Origin: Oculina patagonica
Taxonomy: Eukaryota
Direction of reading: 5' to 3'
DNA length: 64,000 nt
NCBI RefSeq assembly: GCF_052425735.1
Contig: NC_135767.1
Coordinates: 3,534,001 to 3,598,000, forward strand
Shown here: positions 51,980 through 64,000 of the stretch, one piece after another
How positions within the stretch are numbered: position 1 is the first letter of the stretch
How the letters are laid out: each line of letters opens with the position of its first letter
Notes under the pieces: generated by a model
Seen by the model: the letters and a program-made list of their open reading frames with translations, nothing else
Told to the model about the DNA's origin: nothing
The model's database searches: none
Position numbers and translations under genes: made by a program

Positions 51980-53430
51980 CATGATAAATCATGTTTCGAT
52001 TTCAACATCCTTACTGACAACTGACATATGGCTCAAAATTAACTGACCAATCATGACCAACTTTGACAGATGGCTTAAAATTTTAACCGTGTTTCGATCT
52101 TAAATTCCTTTTTTGACAGTGGTCAGATTGCTTAATTTTTTAACTGGCAAATCATGTTTCGATCTCAGCATCACATCCTTATTGACATCTGACAAATTTC
52201 TTGAAATCTTAACTGAGAAATCATGTCTCGATCTCCACATCCTAATTGACAACTGTCAGATTGCTTGTTAAACTGCTCTTTCGATCTCAAATTCATTTTT
52301 GACAACTGAAATATGTTTGAATTTTTAACTGACAAATCATGCTTAGATTGGACTTCCTTACTGACAAATGACAGACCGCTTAAAATTTTAATTGACAAAT
52401 CACTGAGAAATCACTCAAATTTGACGGGTGACTTGAAATTATAACTGACAAATAATGTTTTATTCTCAACATCCTTACTTACAACTGGAAGATGGCTTGG
52501 AATCTAAATTGAAAAATCATGCTTCGATCTTAAATTCCTTATTTGATCCTAAAAGACATCTGACATATAACATAAATTTTAACTGAAAAACCATCTTTCG
52601 ATTACTGACAGCTGACAGATGAAGTGAAATTTGTTTCGATCTCAAAATCCTTACTGACAAATGACATGAAATTTTTACTGACAAGTCATGTTTTGATCCC
52701 AACATCCTTACTGACAAAAATGACAAATACGTAACTGACAAATGACAGATGATTTGAAATGTTTGATTGACAAATCATGTTTTAATCTTAAACTCCTTAT
52801 TGACATCTGACAGATTACTTAACATTTTAACTGATAAATCGTGTTTTGATTGCTGACAACTGACAGATGACGTGAAATAATGATTGGCAAACAATGTTTC
52901 GATCTCAACATTCTTACTGACAAATTCTTTAATTGAAATTTCATTACTTGAAATTCTACCGAACAAATCATGATTCGATTTCAACAACATCCTAACTGGC
53001 TTGAAATTTTGCAAAAAAATCATGTTTTGATCTTAACATTCTCTTTGACAATTGACAGATTACTAGCCTACGAATACAGCCGCCTCTCATTCGCGTCCCT
53101 CAACGAAGAGCGAAACGCGAGTCTCTCTTCGCGTTTCGCTCTTCGTTTCGGGACGCGAATGAGAAGCGGCCGTATTCGCAGGCTAACAGATTACTTGATA
53201 TTTTCACTTACAAATCAGTTCGATTTCAGCAAACTAACTCGCTTGAATATTGACAGATAGCTTGAAATTTTAACCGACAATGTTTCGATCTCAACATCAT
53301 TTCGACATCTTACACGTGACTTTAAACTTAAACTGACAAATTATGTTTCGATGTCAACATCCTTACTGTCAACTAACTAATGACAGATATGCTTTGTTTA
53401 AAGGACGACAGATTTGTGATTTTTAATTGT
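51980..53430. repeat. Degenerate satellite, ~64-bp unit
   Basis: ctgacaaatcatgtttcgatctcaacatccttactgacaactgacagat..tgaaattttaa repeated about 20 times. Confidence 0.9.
53064..53185. mobile_element. Hairpin TAG..CTA element with 9-bp TSD inserted in the satellite
   Basis: acagattac|tagcctacgaatac..gtattcgcaggcta|acagattac. Confidence 0.85.
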
Positions 53431-55859
53431 CACATCGATACTTCGCTCGTGTTGATATTTTAGTCAAGATTCTTACAAACTAATTCCTTATGAGAAAATA
53501 CACTTATTAAAATGTCGAGCAGATCAGTCAGTTGCTTTTCAAACCTGCAATTTTCAATAGTGATCCACACCTAATTTCTCCCAACAATATCAATACATTG
53601 TCAAGCAAACATGTGATGAGAATAAAGAAAATCATTAACTGGGGAGGTATCCAAACAACCATCATTGAGGAGAATCAATGAACGAAAAAATCAAAATCCT
53701 GATCGTAAAACTATTTTTTCAAAATTCTTCATTCGTGCAAGACGTGGCTTTTTTACTGAGAAAGCACGATCTTCAAAAAATGTGTTTAAATTGTTTTGCC
53801 TTTAACTTATATAGGCAAAGGAACAATTAGAGAAGGTTTGTTAAATTCGACATTTGTATTTCTTTCAGGATTACAATCAAGACAAGGAAAGGACGAAACA
53901 AGACAAGACAAGAGAAGAAAATCGTTCTTCTGAAGGGAACACAAGACAGTGGAACACATCAAGGCGGATTTGAAGAATTGAATGCAATCAACAGTATGTA
54001 TCGTTATTAGACGCCATTAGAAAAACCTGACATGTGACTCAACTTATCAATGAGATGCAAGCCCAGAGAAATTTACATTTTGTTGTTGTTGTTGTTTCTT
54101 GTTTTCGTTTTCGTTTTTGTTTTCTGTTTTTCTTTTACCTTAACCATTTTACTTTTTAAAATCAGTCAATTTGACTTTAAATTTGGAACGGGACATTGAC
54201 ATTTATCTCGACAAATTCTCGTTCGAACGTAATCTAACGCGCTTGCATCTCACTGAATATTTTGAGTTAACATTGTTAGGTATTAGTAACTTTTTTCGGC
54301 GACATTTTAGGATGGCAAAAACTTTTCTTCCAATTAGATAATAAAAAAGGGTAAACAAAAAGGCTGACTAGGAATCGGGCTGCTCTAAAAAAATTTTACG
54401 AAGTAGTTTTTGGTTCATTCTATTTTTGTCACAATGTGATTGCGGCGTGCGTGACTCTTGAGAATTAGCGGTGTTGCGTTATATTGTCGACCGTTGTGAA
54501 TATATTAAGCACATTTTGTACGGAAATTATTCAAAAACTCGTGCGCGAAATGTTGCGTTATTTCAACAATAATTCAGTAAGTCGAGAATATAAACTAGCT
54601 TTTGGTTTTTTGTTGCCTTGTTCAGAAAGACGACAAAATATCAAAAGTCGGTTTATATTCTTTATTTGCTGAATTAAAAGTTGAAATGCCGCAACATCTT
54701 TGATTTAGAACATGAATATATTTTCTCTGCGGCCGATAGCGTAACGCAACATTGCTTATTCTTAAAAGTCACGCGCGCCTTGATCATAATTTTCAATTTT
54801 ATTTTGCAAGTCAACTTTGTTTTACTCTGGCAAGGCCAATTTTTAGTTAGCCTTCGCGTTTAACTCAGGCCGCAAGAATTTTTACTGATGAATTTCAGAA
54901 TGAATTGTCTGTTTGCCAAATTTGCAGCCAAAACTTATTTTCAAAGGCAAATTGCTTAAATTCGGTAAAAACATAGTGAAATTGTCTAGAATATAAGCTA
55001 ATTACTTCAAGTTTGTATTGAACAAAATCAAAATTTTCTCATCTGCAAAAATGTTTTGTAGACATTGTCTTGAAAAGCCATAATTTCTTTACATGTAAAT
55101 TTCGATGAAAACATTTTGATATAAGCTTAATTGCTTTGCGTTTATGTCGTACAAAATTAGAATAAAAGTTTTCTTTATTAAATGGAACTTTTTTTGCCAA
55201 AACTTTGCTTACAAGGTAACCCTTGTCAAAATTTTGAATTTTCCCGCCAAAAAACTTAGAAAAATAAGGGCGCTTAAAATACGCATGCGCCGTTTTTTAT
55301 TTTTTCTTCCTTTGAATCACTGTCAGTAAATCCTTGTTGAAAATTTTAATTTTCCCACCAAAAATTACGGGCGCCTAAAATACGCATGCGCCTTTTTATT
55401 TTTCATGTTAATATTTCTAATTGCTGTGTAATTACATGTTACTTTGATTCACACAATAAAATGAATAATACTCAAAGTCGTGTGTCTTCTTTTGTCTCTT
55501 TTATTGATCTCAACAATACTTAAACTAAATAAATACAAAGTCAATTGTTCACAAATAAACTTTAATTAGTTTATTGAAATTCAATTAAAGTAATTACAAA
55601 GGTGTGAAGAAAAAATTCTTCCTATATATACTAAGACTTTTGGCGGGAAAATTTGAAAAAATTTGCACAGCGTTTCCCCTGACAGCTTTCCTGACAAAAA
55701 TTTTAAGGTGGTACCCCCTTGAACTTTTCCCGCCAAAAAATTACAACATACCCCATCTTATACACAAACTGGTTGAAAAATTTTGATGCCAAATGTAAAA
55801 GCTTTTGCAAACGATACGATTTTTGAATCCAATCTCTTGTTTATGTACAAGATGGTGTA

Positions 55860-56225
55860 TTTCATGATGATATCTTGTTAAATAGTCAGCCCTAAAACGA
55901 CGAGCAGCTAGAAATAAATTTACGGAAATGAAACGAAAAGGTTAAAATTTGTACAACTGCAACGTTCTGCACAACTTTGAGAGGGTGAAAGCACTTTTAA
56001 ATCGAAATATTTAAGAAAATTTATAACGCCGGGTAATTTGCACCCCAACTACATAAACTCTCTTAACTATAGCGATTCAAAAATGTCCCCACCTTTTCAA
56101 TGTTCAAACAAGTGTGCTGAAACTTTACATTTGTAGTAATTTTAACCTGCTCGTCTCATTTCTGTAAATATATTTCTAGCTGCCCGTCGTTCAAGGCATT
56201 ACTATTTAACGTGATATCATCACGA
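55860..56225. mobile_element. Inverted-repeat element (~70-bp arms)
   Basis: gatatcttgttaaatagt..acgacgagcagctagaaataaatttac / gtaaatatatttctagctgcccgtcgt..actatttaacgtgatatc. Confidence 0.65.
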
Positions 56226-57005
56226 AGTATATTTCAAGAATGTAGCAGTGGCAAGCCATGAGTACGAAGGAAAGGAAAAATTAAGTCCGCGTAAATTTTA
56301 AAAATATTTTATCTAACACACGAGTAAATTCCGTAACTTCCGTACACTTTCAGCCGATAAAAAAATAAACATTTCCGAATAATTTTTAGCCAATTTGAAT
56401 TGTGTTTGTGGCTTACCAAGTTATCTTCAAGAAATAAATTGAGCCATATCAAAACCATTTGTTTCGGTTTGCTACACAGAAGACGAACACGAAGCAAAAA
56501 CTATCATCGCAAAATCCAGAGAAATTTAGGCGCGACTTGAATTTAGTGCAAGAAATTTCACAAAAACACAAAAAAACATGTTTCGAGTTATTTAAACAGA
56601 ATTCAAAATCTCGATCGTAAACTTCCGCGCTTCCTAATTTCACTGTTTGTCTCGTGTAGCAATCAGAAACTGGTTTTGACAAAAGCTCGGATACATTCAG
56701 TGAGGCTCTAAAGATAAATGTCTGGTTATCAAGAAACACTTCAAAATGTATCGCTATTCTATACCGTACGTAAATATTTTGGATAAAAATGTTTGCCAAT
56801 TACGAACGAAGGCGAACGAATTATTTGAATAAAGAAACAATTCCGTTTTTTTAACACGAAGGCGCACAATAAAAGGGACTTGACCCCTCCCATCTTCAAC
56901 ACTCAAATTTGCATTACAGTTTTGCACGTGGAGGTAGAACTTTGCAAAAAAAAATGTTTTGTCCTCTTCAAATCTCCTTTTGACATAAAAAAAACTTAAA
57001 ACTTT

Positions 57006-57340
57006 TTAAATGTTCTCAAGGCTTGTTCCGTTTGTCCTCGACAAGATGAAAATTTATTTTTTTTAGAAAAGATACTTGTTTAAATTATTTACTTCAAATG
57101 TGAACTTTGAACGAGTTTGAATTAAGGCCAGTAAACACAACTTAATTTGGTAATGTCGTGTTAAAATTCCACCTTCTTAAATGTTCTCAAGGCCTTTTTC
57201 CGTTTGTTCTCGACAAGATGTAAATTGAAACTTTTAGAAAAGAAACTTGTTTAAATTGTATGCTTCAAATGTGAACTTTGAACGAGTTTGAATTTGGGCC
57301 AGTAAACACAATTTAATATGGTAATGTCGTGTCAAAATTT
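57006..57340. repeat. Tandem duplication, ~171-bp unit
   Basis: ttaaatgttctcaaggc..cttcaaatgtgaactttgaacgagtttgaatt..ggtaatgtcgtgt occurs twice. Confidence 0.9.
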
Positions 57341-57835
57341 TAACTTGTTTTGCCCGTTGCAGATGTTTGTTGTAAACGAAAATAATTCAAGAAAATGTTA
57401 AGAAAGGTTTGGTTTCTTGATGTAGCTAGAATGTTTATTAAAGAAAAATGACAAACTTTGTTAAAATGATAAATTTTCAGCTGAGTTTAGTTTGCTTATG
57501 ACTGACAATTGAGCCCTTTTGTTCCCTGGTATGACCCATGTTAGAGTGCGCTTCGAGTTAAAAAATAAATAGATCGAGATATTATTCGTAGTTCGACGTT
57601 TTTGCTATTTTCCAAACTAAAACCAGACATAATTCGTTACAGCCTCACCAAAAATTACAAGAGAACATATTGGGTTTCTGATTGATGTTTCATGTATACT
57701 TCCCTCCCAAACAACAACTGTCATCCAAAACGATTCCGTATCGAAAAACATTTGAATGAAATATTCTGCCGTTACAGTTATTTTTAGTATATGAACATCA
57801 TTTCAGAAACCCGATATCTCTCAACATTATTTTAA

Positions 57836-58436
57836 GGTGGCTCTGCAAGTCGAGTGTAGGTGTGCGCCGTCCAGCACTTAGGTGCAGCAAACAAAAATCA
57901 AAAAGGAAATTTTATATTGCGATCATGTCAACTATTGTTCAAAATATTAAGATTTACCGAAGTAAGTTTTAATGAGAAATCACCTTGAAGGAATTTGCAA
58001 ACAAAATAATTTGGAAATTAATCATACAATCCAAAGCTTGGTTTCTTGGTCTGTAATGTTTGAAGATTTGAGATGAAGAAAAGTAGAAAAAAATGTTATC
58101 AGTTTTTATCGTAATAATCCTTCAAAAACATTATGTGTTTGATAGTTGCAACAAATTCAACGCGATCATTTTTCTAAATTAATTTTGAGCAAGGAAATTG
58201 CTCTCCAACAAATAAAATTCATATCTCAGTAATTAAAAATATGCTGTCGGAAAAGTTTTTTTTCTAAGTTGGCTTGTTGGGTACAAAATAAAACGTTCAA
58301 TGTTGACGTGCTTTTAATTTAGATCTCCAAGTCAATTATATCCAAACATAAATTGTTTTGATTGACATGATCACGTAACCAATAGTAACAAAAAGCCATT
58401 TGCCACGACGGTTTGATTTCAACATGCAGTGCCACC
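57836..58436. mobile_element. TTAA-target non-autonomous DNA transposon (Kolobok-like)
   Basis: ttaa|ggtggctctgcaagtcga..tcaacatgcagtgccacc|ttaa. Confidence 0.8.
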
Positions 58437-60366
58437 TTAAAATACTCTGCTATTGCCTTGTCACATGTTTTCAGAGCTTAGGAATATTGTAGTTTCAGTC
58501 GAAAAAAAAAAAAAAGAAGGAAAACAAGAAGCTAAACAAATGTGTTTGAAATATTCAATTTCATGAAGAAAGTTGAAAGCTTTTACCCGTGAAATAGATA
58601 CTAGACAACACATTCTGACTGTTGAATTTTTCATCCACGGGTTTTGTGAAATTGTTACTGATACGGTTCGCTCAAAAAAGCTTCTGAAAACATGTAAAGA
58701 CAAAACATCTTAAAACCTTTCCGATAAATATGACAGAATTTAAATTCAATACTGTTTTTGTCCGCGTTTAAATTCCTCTCAAATGAAAGTAATAATTCAG
58801 TCAAAAAAACATATATCCAATTGGCCTACAATAATTTTAGATATCGAGCCCAATTCTATCACACAAAACTGCCATTTCTTATCGGAGAGATTTAAGCGTT
58901 ACTTAATTCTCAAATGATATTCTTAACTTTGTGTTATTCACTCCAGCGTCGGACTTTTACTTGCTTGAATTCTTTCACCTCCCCTTTTTTGCTGATATTG
59001 CTTTCTTCAAGACTTTCTCGTTCTGAAAGTTAAAGAGGTTAAGAAGATATTAGGAACAAACCCAAGTGTGTAAACTCTCGAGGACCAGACATGTCTTTCA
59101 GGAATGAAAACAGGTCTTAATAAAAGAAATAGTACAAGCACGCCGCCTAGACAAACTTTGATAAAGAAATATTTTCATGAAAGAAGGCAAACTCTAGTTT
59201 GTCGAGATGATGAAGGTTTCAAAGTTAAAGCTTCCAATTGTAATTTGTAATTTGCAAAAGCACCGAAGCATTTTACAAGAGCTTCGACACGAAACGTAAA
59301 CCGAGTCAGTAAGCGCACGTGTTAAGACTTGAAGCAACATTTACCTAGCAAAAATTTTATACTTCGCTCTAAATTTAAGTAAAATTCCAAGAACTCACCA
59401 TTGATAAGAGCAGTGTGGTGCTATGTTCCTCCAACCGGCGTCAGCATTTCTTCTCCAAAGTTTCTTCTCGTCAAGGAGGGAGCGCTTCACATCTTACCCC
59501 GTCCGCGAATTTCTCTGACTGACAAACAATCACCTCGGATCTGCGTGGTCATGAATATGGAAAATAAGATTGGACCAATGGTTAGCAAACAAGTCACATA
59601 GCGGCAACGTCTCTGCATGCTTGCACTTTCTTGTGCTACATTTTTGCATATGCATTGTTATGGAAACTACCTAAAGCCACAATAAAACATGCGCTTTCTT
59701 TTGCAACTTTTAAGCGACATGTACTCCTAGGCTGTTTTTTAATTCCTTTTGACTGTAGAATAAGATCTTCGATATATCAAGAGAAATGTAAAAGAAAGGA
59801 GACCTTATTGCACTAATTTCCCACAGGGTTGAAATCATTTGTGGATTTGCGCAATAAAAAAAATTGAAAAGAAGTCATTAAAATATATCCTCTTTAAATC
59901 TCTACTCAATTTGTGAAATTACTCACATCATTTGAAGCCAAAGTGCCTTTGTGTGCATTTCTTCAAAACTTTTGTTTCACTTGTTTGCTCCACGTCTCTT
60001 GTAAGCTACACGCCCCCACCCCCCACCCCCCACCCCCCCAGCCCATCACCATTTCCAAAGGTATTAAGCCAAGACAGTTTATTAAGGTAGTTAAAGGTTC
60101 TTACTTTTTATTGTTACTTTTTTAAAGACGTGTTATTGAACAGAAATAAACCTCAAACAGTCTACTTTGTCTATTTTCATGTGCGCTGATTTATTCATAA
60201 TTGTATACGAGCTTCGCTTTAGTTGAACTGTCCCCCATTCCGATTAAGACCCCCTTATCCACAGTATATAAGGCATAAAAGTCTGAAGAGTTGATGCTGT
60301 CAAAAATGGTCTTTTGAAATTATGCTCTGAACGTAGCTCAAAAGTTGCAAAAAAAGTTGTCAGAAA

Positions 60367-60398
60367 CAAGAGAGGATCAACTACTTCATCCTCTCTTG
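60367..60398. mobile_element. 32-bp TIR-only remnant with 7-bp TSD (P-superfamily excision-footprint-like)
   Basis: tcagaaa|caagagaggatcaact acttcatcctctcttg|tcagaaa. Confidence 0.6.
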
Positions 60399-60759
60399 TC
60401 AGAAATTTGAATGCGTTCGCTCGTCTGTTGCCGAACGTTTCTTGTGCGTTTCCAACCAGGTCTGCACCGAATTAGGACATTGTATCATGCCGCTAAGGTG
60501 CTGAAAATGAATCTTTTCTCATCGTCTCTCGTGCCGAGACCTCCCGACTAAGAAACACCAAAGGTCCTGGGAGCCAACATGGCGGTGACGGGTAAAATTG
60601 GCAATAAGTTCACTTGTGTTTCGTCAAAACTCTGATAATTTACAAGCCTAAAGGGCGATGGAAAATTTAACTATTGTGGTAAAATGCAACCCACAAAGCA
60701 CCGGTGTAATGTTGGGAGTCATCCCAGTGTTGTGTGCCAGCCAGGATTGGGTGTTGGAC

Positions 60760-60955
60760 CTCTCTCCTCCGCAGAGGCCTCTTTCGTGTTTCGCACGGGC
60801 TGGGAAATAGGGAGAGGTGAAAAGAAAGCGCGCGGAGCCTGCAGAGAATCGAAACGAAAGAGCGCGGGGGCGCTCCTCCTATTTTTCATTTTTCGCCTTC
60901 CTCCCACCGTGTTTTAAGCCTTCCCACACTAAAGGAGCCTCTGCGGAGGAGAGAA
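60760..60955. mobile_element. Short TIR element with 9-bp TSD
   Basis: gtgttggac|ctctctcctccgcagaggc..gcctctgcggaggagagaa|gtgttggac. Confidence 0.85.
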
Positions 60956-61434
60956 GTGTTGGACTTAGTTGGATGTCGGTTGGGACAAGGTTCAGGTTAC
61001 GGAAGAAAAAGGGGTCGCAAGGAGAACGCCAAGGGAATACCTGGCAAAATAGACGCGGGGAAACGTCCTGGATTGTGTGTCGGCCTATTGTTACGCTCGC
61101 TATCTGCACAAGCTATGATTGCATTCTTAAGCTTTAGATATAAGCGTACTGATGAACCGATGAATATACTGTTGTTTTTGTACCAGTCAGCTTCACAAGT
61201 AGTTTTAAATAGGTGTAAAGTAAAATTTAGGCCAAGAGATAAAAGTTTAAATGTTTATTTTATAAACAAAACGAGATATACAAGATGTGCTTTTGTTCTA
61301 ATGAAGGGATACGTATTACCGCCTTTTTCTCAACTATATTCTTCCATTCTTGCAAGAAAAACTGCTTCTTTCATTCGCTATTTTCACTTTAAAAGTGTTT
61401 TTCAAGTTTGCTTCGCTCCAACATGAATCTTTAA

Positions 61435-61440
61435 TTTATT
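61435..61440 (-). terminator. Candidate polyadenylation signal AATAAA of the ACAD9-like gene
   Basis: tttatt on the + strand about 40 nt past the stop codon; a second one near 61254. Confidence 0.45.
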
Positions 61441-61478
61441 TACATAATTATGTACATCTCAAATAAATTATGCGGCCG

Positions 61479-61573
61479 TCATACATTCAAGGTGTGTGGT
61501 GCTACACACCCGCCGTGGTTAAATATATCCTCAGCGATTTTCTTCAATTCTTCGTCTCCGTTTTTCTTTGAAC
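61479..61573 (-). CDS. ACAD9: ACAD9-like terminal coding exon
   Basis: minus strand: catcag|(G)[30 protein letters not shown] tga. Confidence 0.85.
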
Positions 61574-62621
61574 CTGATGGATCAGAAGGAAAAAGTCTTA
61601 TAAGCGTTTTTGCACATTACACTGTTCACACGAATAAATTTTAAATTTTCACATGAAAAGTGCATGTGTAGATAACTTGAGCCTGACACATTGCCTGTTC
61701 CCGCCTTTGTCAAAATATGCGTTGGCCTGGTTCCGATGTCATGTGCATTATTACACATTTTATGAGAAAATATGCGATTAGTTGTTTATAGCATAACGGG
61801 AGCTAGTGTGATCAAGCCAGAAAGTTATCTTAGGCAATCTTCGGGATCCCTTCGGAAATATTTGCCGACCTCCCTATAACGATCGAAAATCGAAAATCTT
61901 TGGAAGACTTTGGGTGACTTTCTGAAGTCTCGGAGTTTGAAATCTTTGAGTGAACTCGTATAACCTTGAGAGTAATTTCAACTTTGAGATACAAATATTA
62001 GCGAAAACAGCCCTGTCTAAACAAACAGAGTTCAGTAAATTTGTCCTCTATAATAACGCATGGTGTTGTCAAGTTCTTTGTGGTCTGATAAAAGAACTAT
62101 AAGTTGATGATTATCTTTATTCTCATCAGTTGTCTCCTTGACAATGTATAGATACTGTAAGGAGAAATTAGAATTTAGTCACTCTGGGAAATTAATACTT
62201 AACTCGTTCCTTACCTGATTTGACTTCTTGGAAGAGAGCATTGTTGGCGTGGTATTTTTCTTTACATATTGTATCTACAAGCAGTGCCTGCAGAAGGAAT
62301 GAACAAAACATGTAACTACTGACGCTTTTTATTTTCAATAGCTGATAACAGTCATGGCAAAAATTTAAAAATACGTAATACAAAAGGCAACCGTTCAGGG
62401 CGTAAATTAGTCCAACTAAACTGATCTTTACTAAAGCTAAAACAGGCCATTGGTTGAACACAGGCACATAAAATAGCAACAGTCAGTCAGTCAGTCAGTC
62501 AGTCGGTAAGTTGGTTAGGCAGTCAGGGTGACAGACAGACAGACGGTCAGTTACTCAGTCGGTCAGAGAGTAAGTTAGTGAGTCCTCCAGTCATTCAGTC
62601 ACTTAGTCAGTCAGTCAGTCA

Positions 62622-62671
<50 letters not shown>

Positions 62672-62691
62672 AAGTTGGTTAGGCAGTCAGT

Positions 62692-62732
<41 letters not shown>

Positions 62733-62793
62733 GGTCAGTTACTCAGTCGGTCAGAGGGTAAGTAAGTGAGTCCTCCAGTCATTCAGTCACTTA

Positions 62794-62825
<32 letters not shown>

Positions 62826-63347
62826 TTCGGTCAGTCAGTCAGTCAGTCAGTAAGTCATTCGGTCAGTCAGTCCGTCAGTCAGTCAGTCAGTAAGTCATTC
62901 GGTCAGTCAGTCCGTCAGTCCGTCAGTCAGTCAGTCAGTCAGTCACGTGCCAGACGAACTACTGTCACACACCTCATGACTGGCGCTTGGTAATCCCTGG
63001 TTGATGGATCTTGTTGCTCTGGATATCACAGCAGTCATGCCATACAAGTTGATTGACACATCAGCCATTCTCTTCAGCAGCAACTGTTCTTCAATGATTT
63101 TCTACAAAGAAAAAAAATGTACAATCAAAAATTTGTCAAACGTTAAGCACAACAAGGGCTTTTATCCCACCTTATTCACTTTGGTTTTGCTTTTCAAGAT
63201 TGTCATAAGAAAACTGCTTCAGAAATGGAAATTACGCAACAGAAAGATTTCTTTTCAATAGGAGTCTACCTTTCCAAACTTGGACAGCAACTTTTCAGAT
63301 ATCCTTCCAAAGTCGGCAACATTCTCTTCCAACTTTTTAACACTCTC
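61479..63347 (-). CDS. ACAD9: Acyl-CoA dehydrogenase, ACAD9/VLCAD type (complex I assembly factor ACAD9-like), last 4 coding exons; 5' part beyond window
   Basis: Spliced peptide [124 protein letters not shown] resembles the recalled ACAD9 C-terminus (..[29 protein letters not shown]..). ACADVL is not excluded. Confidence 0.85.
62215..62287 (-). CDS. ACAD9: ACAD9-like penultimate exon
   Basis: minus strand: ttctgcag|[24 protein letters not shown] g|gtaagg. Confidence 0.85.
62480..62945. repeat. (CAGT)n/(CAGA)n compound microsatellite with an internal duplication, in an ACAD9-like intron
   Basis: agtc runs; the block acggtcagttactcagtcggtcagag..tcctccagtcattcagtcacttag occurs twice. Confidence 0.9.
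62973..63101 (-). CDS. ACAD9: ACAD9-like exon (3rd from last)
   Basis: minus strand: tttgtag|[33 protein letters not shown]|gtgtgt. Confidence 0.88.
63270..63347 (-). CDS. ACAD9: ACAD9-like exon (4th from last)
   Basis: minus strand: tttacag|[26 protein letters not shown]|gtagac. Confidence 0.85.
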
Positions 63348-63697
63348 CTGTAAAATTGAAGGTCTAGGTCAAACTGTTTACAAATACCATAACCTGTTGA
63401 ATAGCTTTTAAGCTGTGGCATGGATACTCAGCATGTTCTACTGGAGATTTACGAATCTCATGGCTCTCTTAACGTTGTCTATTTTAAAATTATTCCACGT
63501 GCGTTGGATATGAGTTGGCTCTAGCTATCCCATGTCCAACAACAACGAGTGGAATAATCGTTTTAAAAAACACCAAAAGAATTGCAATATTTGAGCTCCC
63601 CGGCTGTTTTTGCTGATGCGTACACTTACCATATTTGTGGTCCATGGTACAAAAGCTTATATATCTTGGGCTGTAAACCAATCAAAACGTAGGAATT

Positions 63698-63978
63698 GCG
63701 GTTTTCACTTGAGTGCCAAAAGTAATTCGCGTTTGCACTGGTTTTGCATTGCTACGCTTAGTGATTGGTTTAAAACTCTCGCTTCACTTTCTAAGCCAAT
63801 CAGAAGTAAAACCAAAACCAATCGTGACTCGCTCACACACGTTTTCCCGCGCTTCGTGCCGGCTACATGTGTTTGCTTCGAGTTTTAATTGGTTTACTGG
63901 ATTGTCTGTGTTCTTTGTGATTGGCTAGAGTGATTACTTTGGTTTTGGTTTTACGACACTCAATTGAAAACTGCTCTA
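63698..63978 (-). mobile_element. MITE family copy 3 (same family as 16186-16453)
   Basis: gcggttttcacttgagtg..ttttacgacactcaattgaaaactgctcta. Confidence 0.85.
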
Positions 63979-64000
63979 TACCATGGCTAGTTTTTAACAA

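Noticed and set aside
54240-59900. Possible autonomous transposon or hidden gene in the AT-rich spacer
   Set aside because: Only short ORFs without recognisable domains, and no consistent exon chain found.
60579-61426. caacATGGCGG start context and + strand ORFs 60684-61426
   Set aside because: The ATG frame closes after 18 codons; the ORFs overlap a 9-bp-TSD element and the probable ACAD9 3' region and resemble no known protein.

Overview
This is eukaryotic, AT-rich, intron-rich genomic DNA. The repeat families suggest a cnidarian, probably a stony coral (inference). Bases 975-49032 hold one large + strand gene, an orthologue of cilia- and flagella-associated protein 54 (CFAP54). I could splice 57 exons with phase-compatible junctions into about 3,238 codons ending in TAA at 49030-49032; the start codon lies upstream of the window. 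One intron probably uses a GC donor. At the right end, the last four coding exons of an ACAD9/VLCAD-type acyl-CoA dehydrogenase run on the - strand (63347 to 61479), convergent with CFAP54. Introns and the intergenic spacer contain non-autonomous DNA transposons (TA, TTAA, 3-, 5-, 6- and 9-bp TSD classes), a Helentron/HINE-like element, a tRNA-derived SINE, and mini- and microsatellites. The most notable observations are: a Penelope-type minimal hammerhead ribozyme in sense orientation in a CFAP54 intron; a 32-bp 16+16 TIR remnant with a 7-bp TSD that resembles a P-element excision footprint; a decayed antisense coding region nested in intron 24; a candidate spliced transcript and X-box promoter downstream of CFAP54; and a 5'-to-3' gradient in CpG and TACATGTA along the gene. 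I found no CRISPR, rRNA or intact tRNA, and no complete novel multi-gene system. Family assignments come from recall, not database searches.
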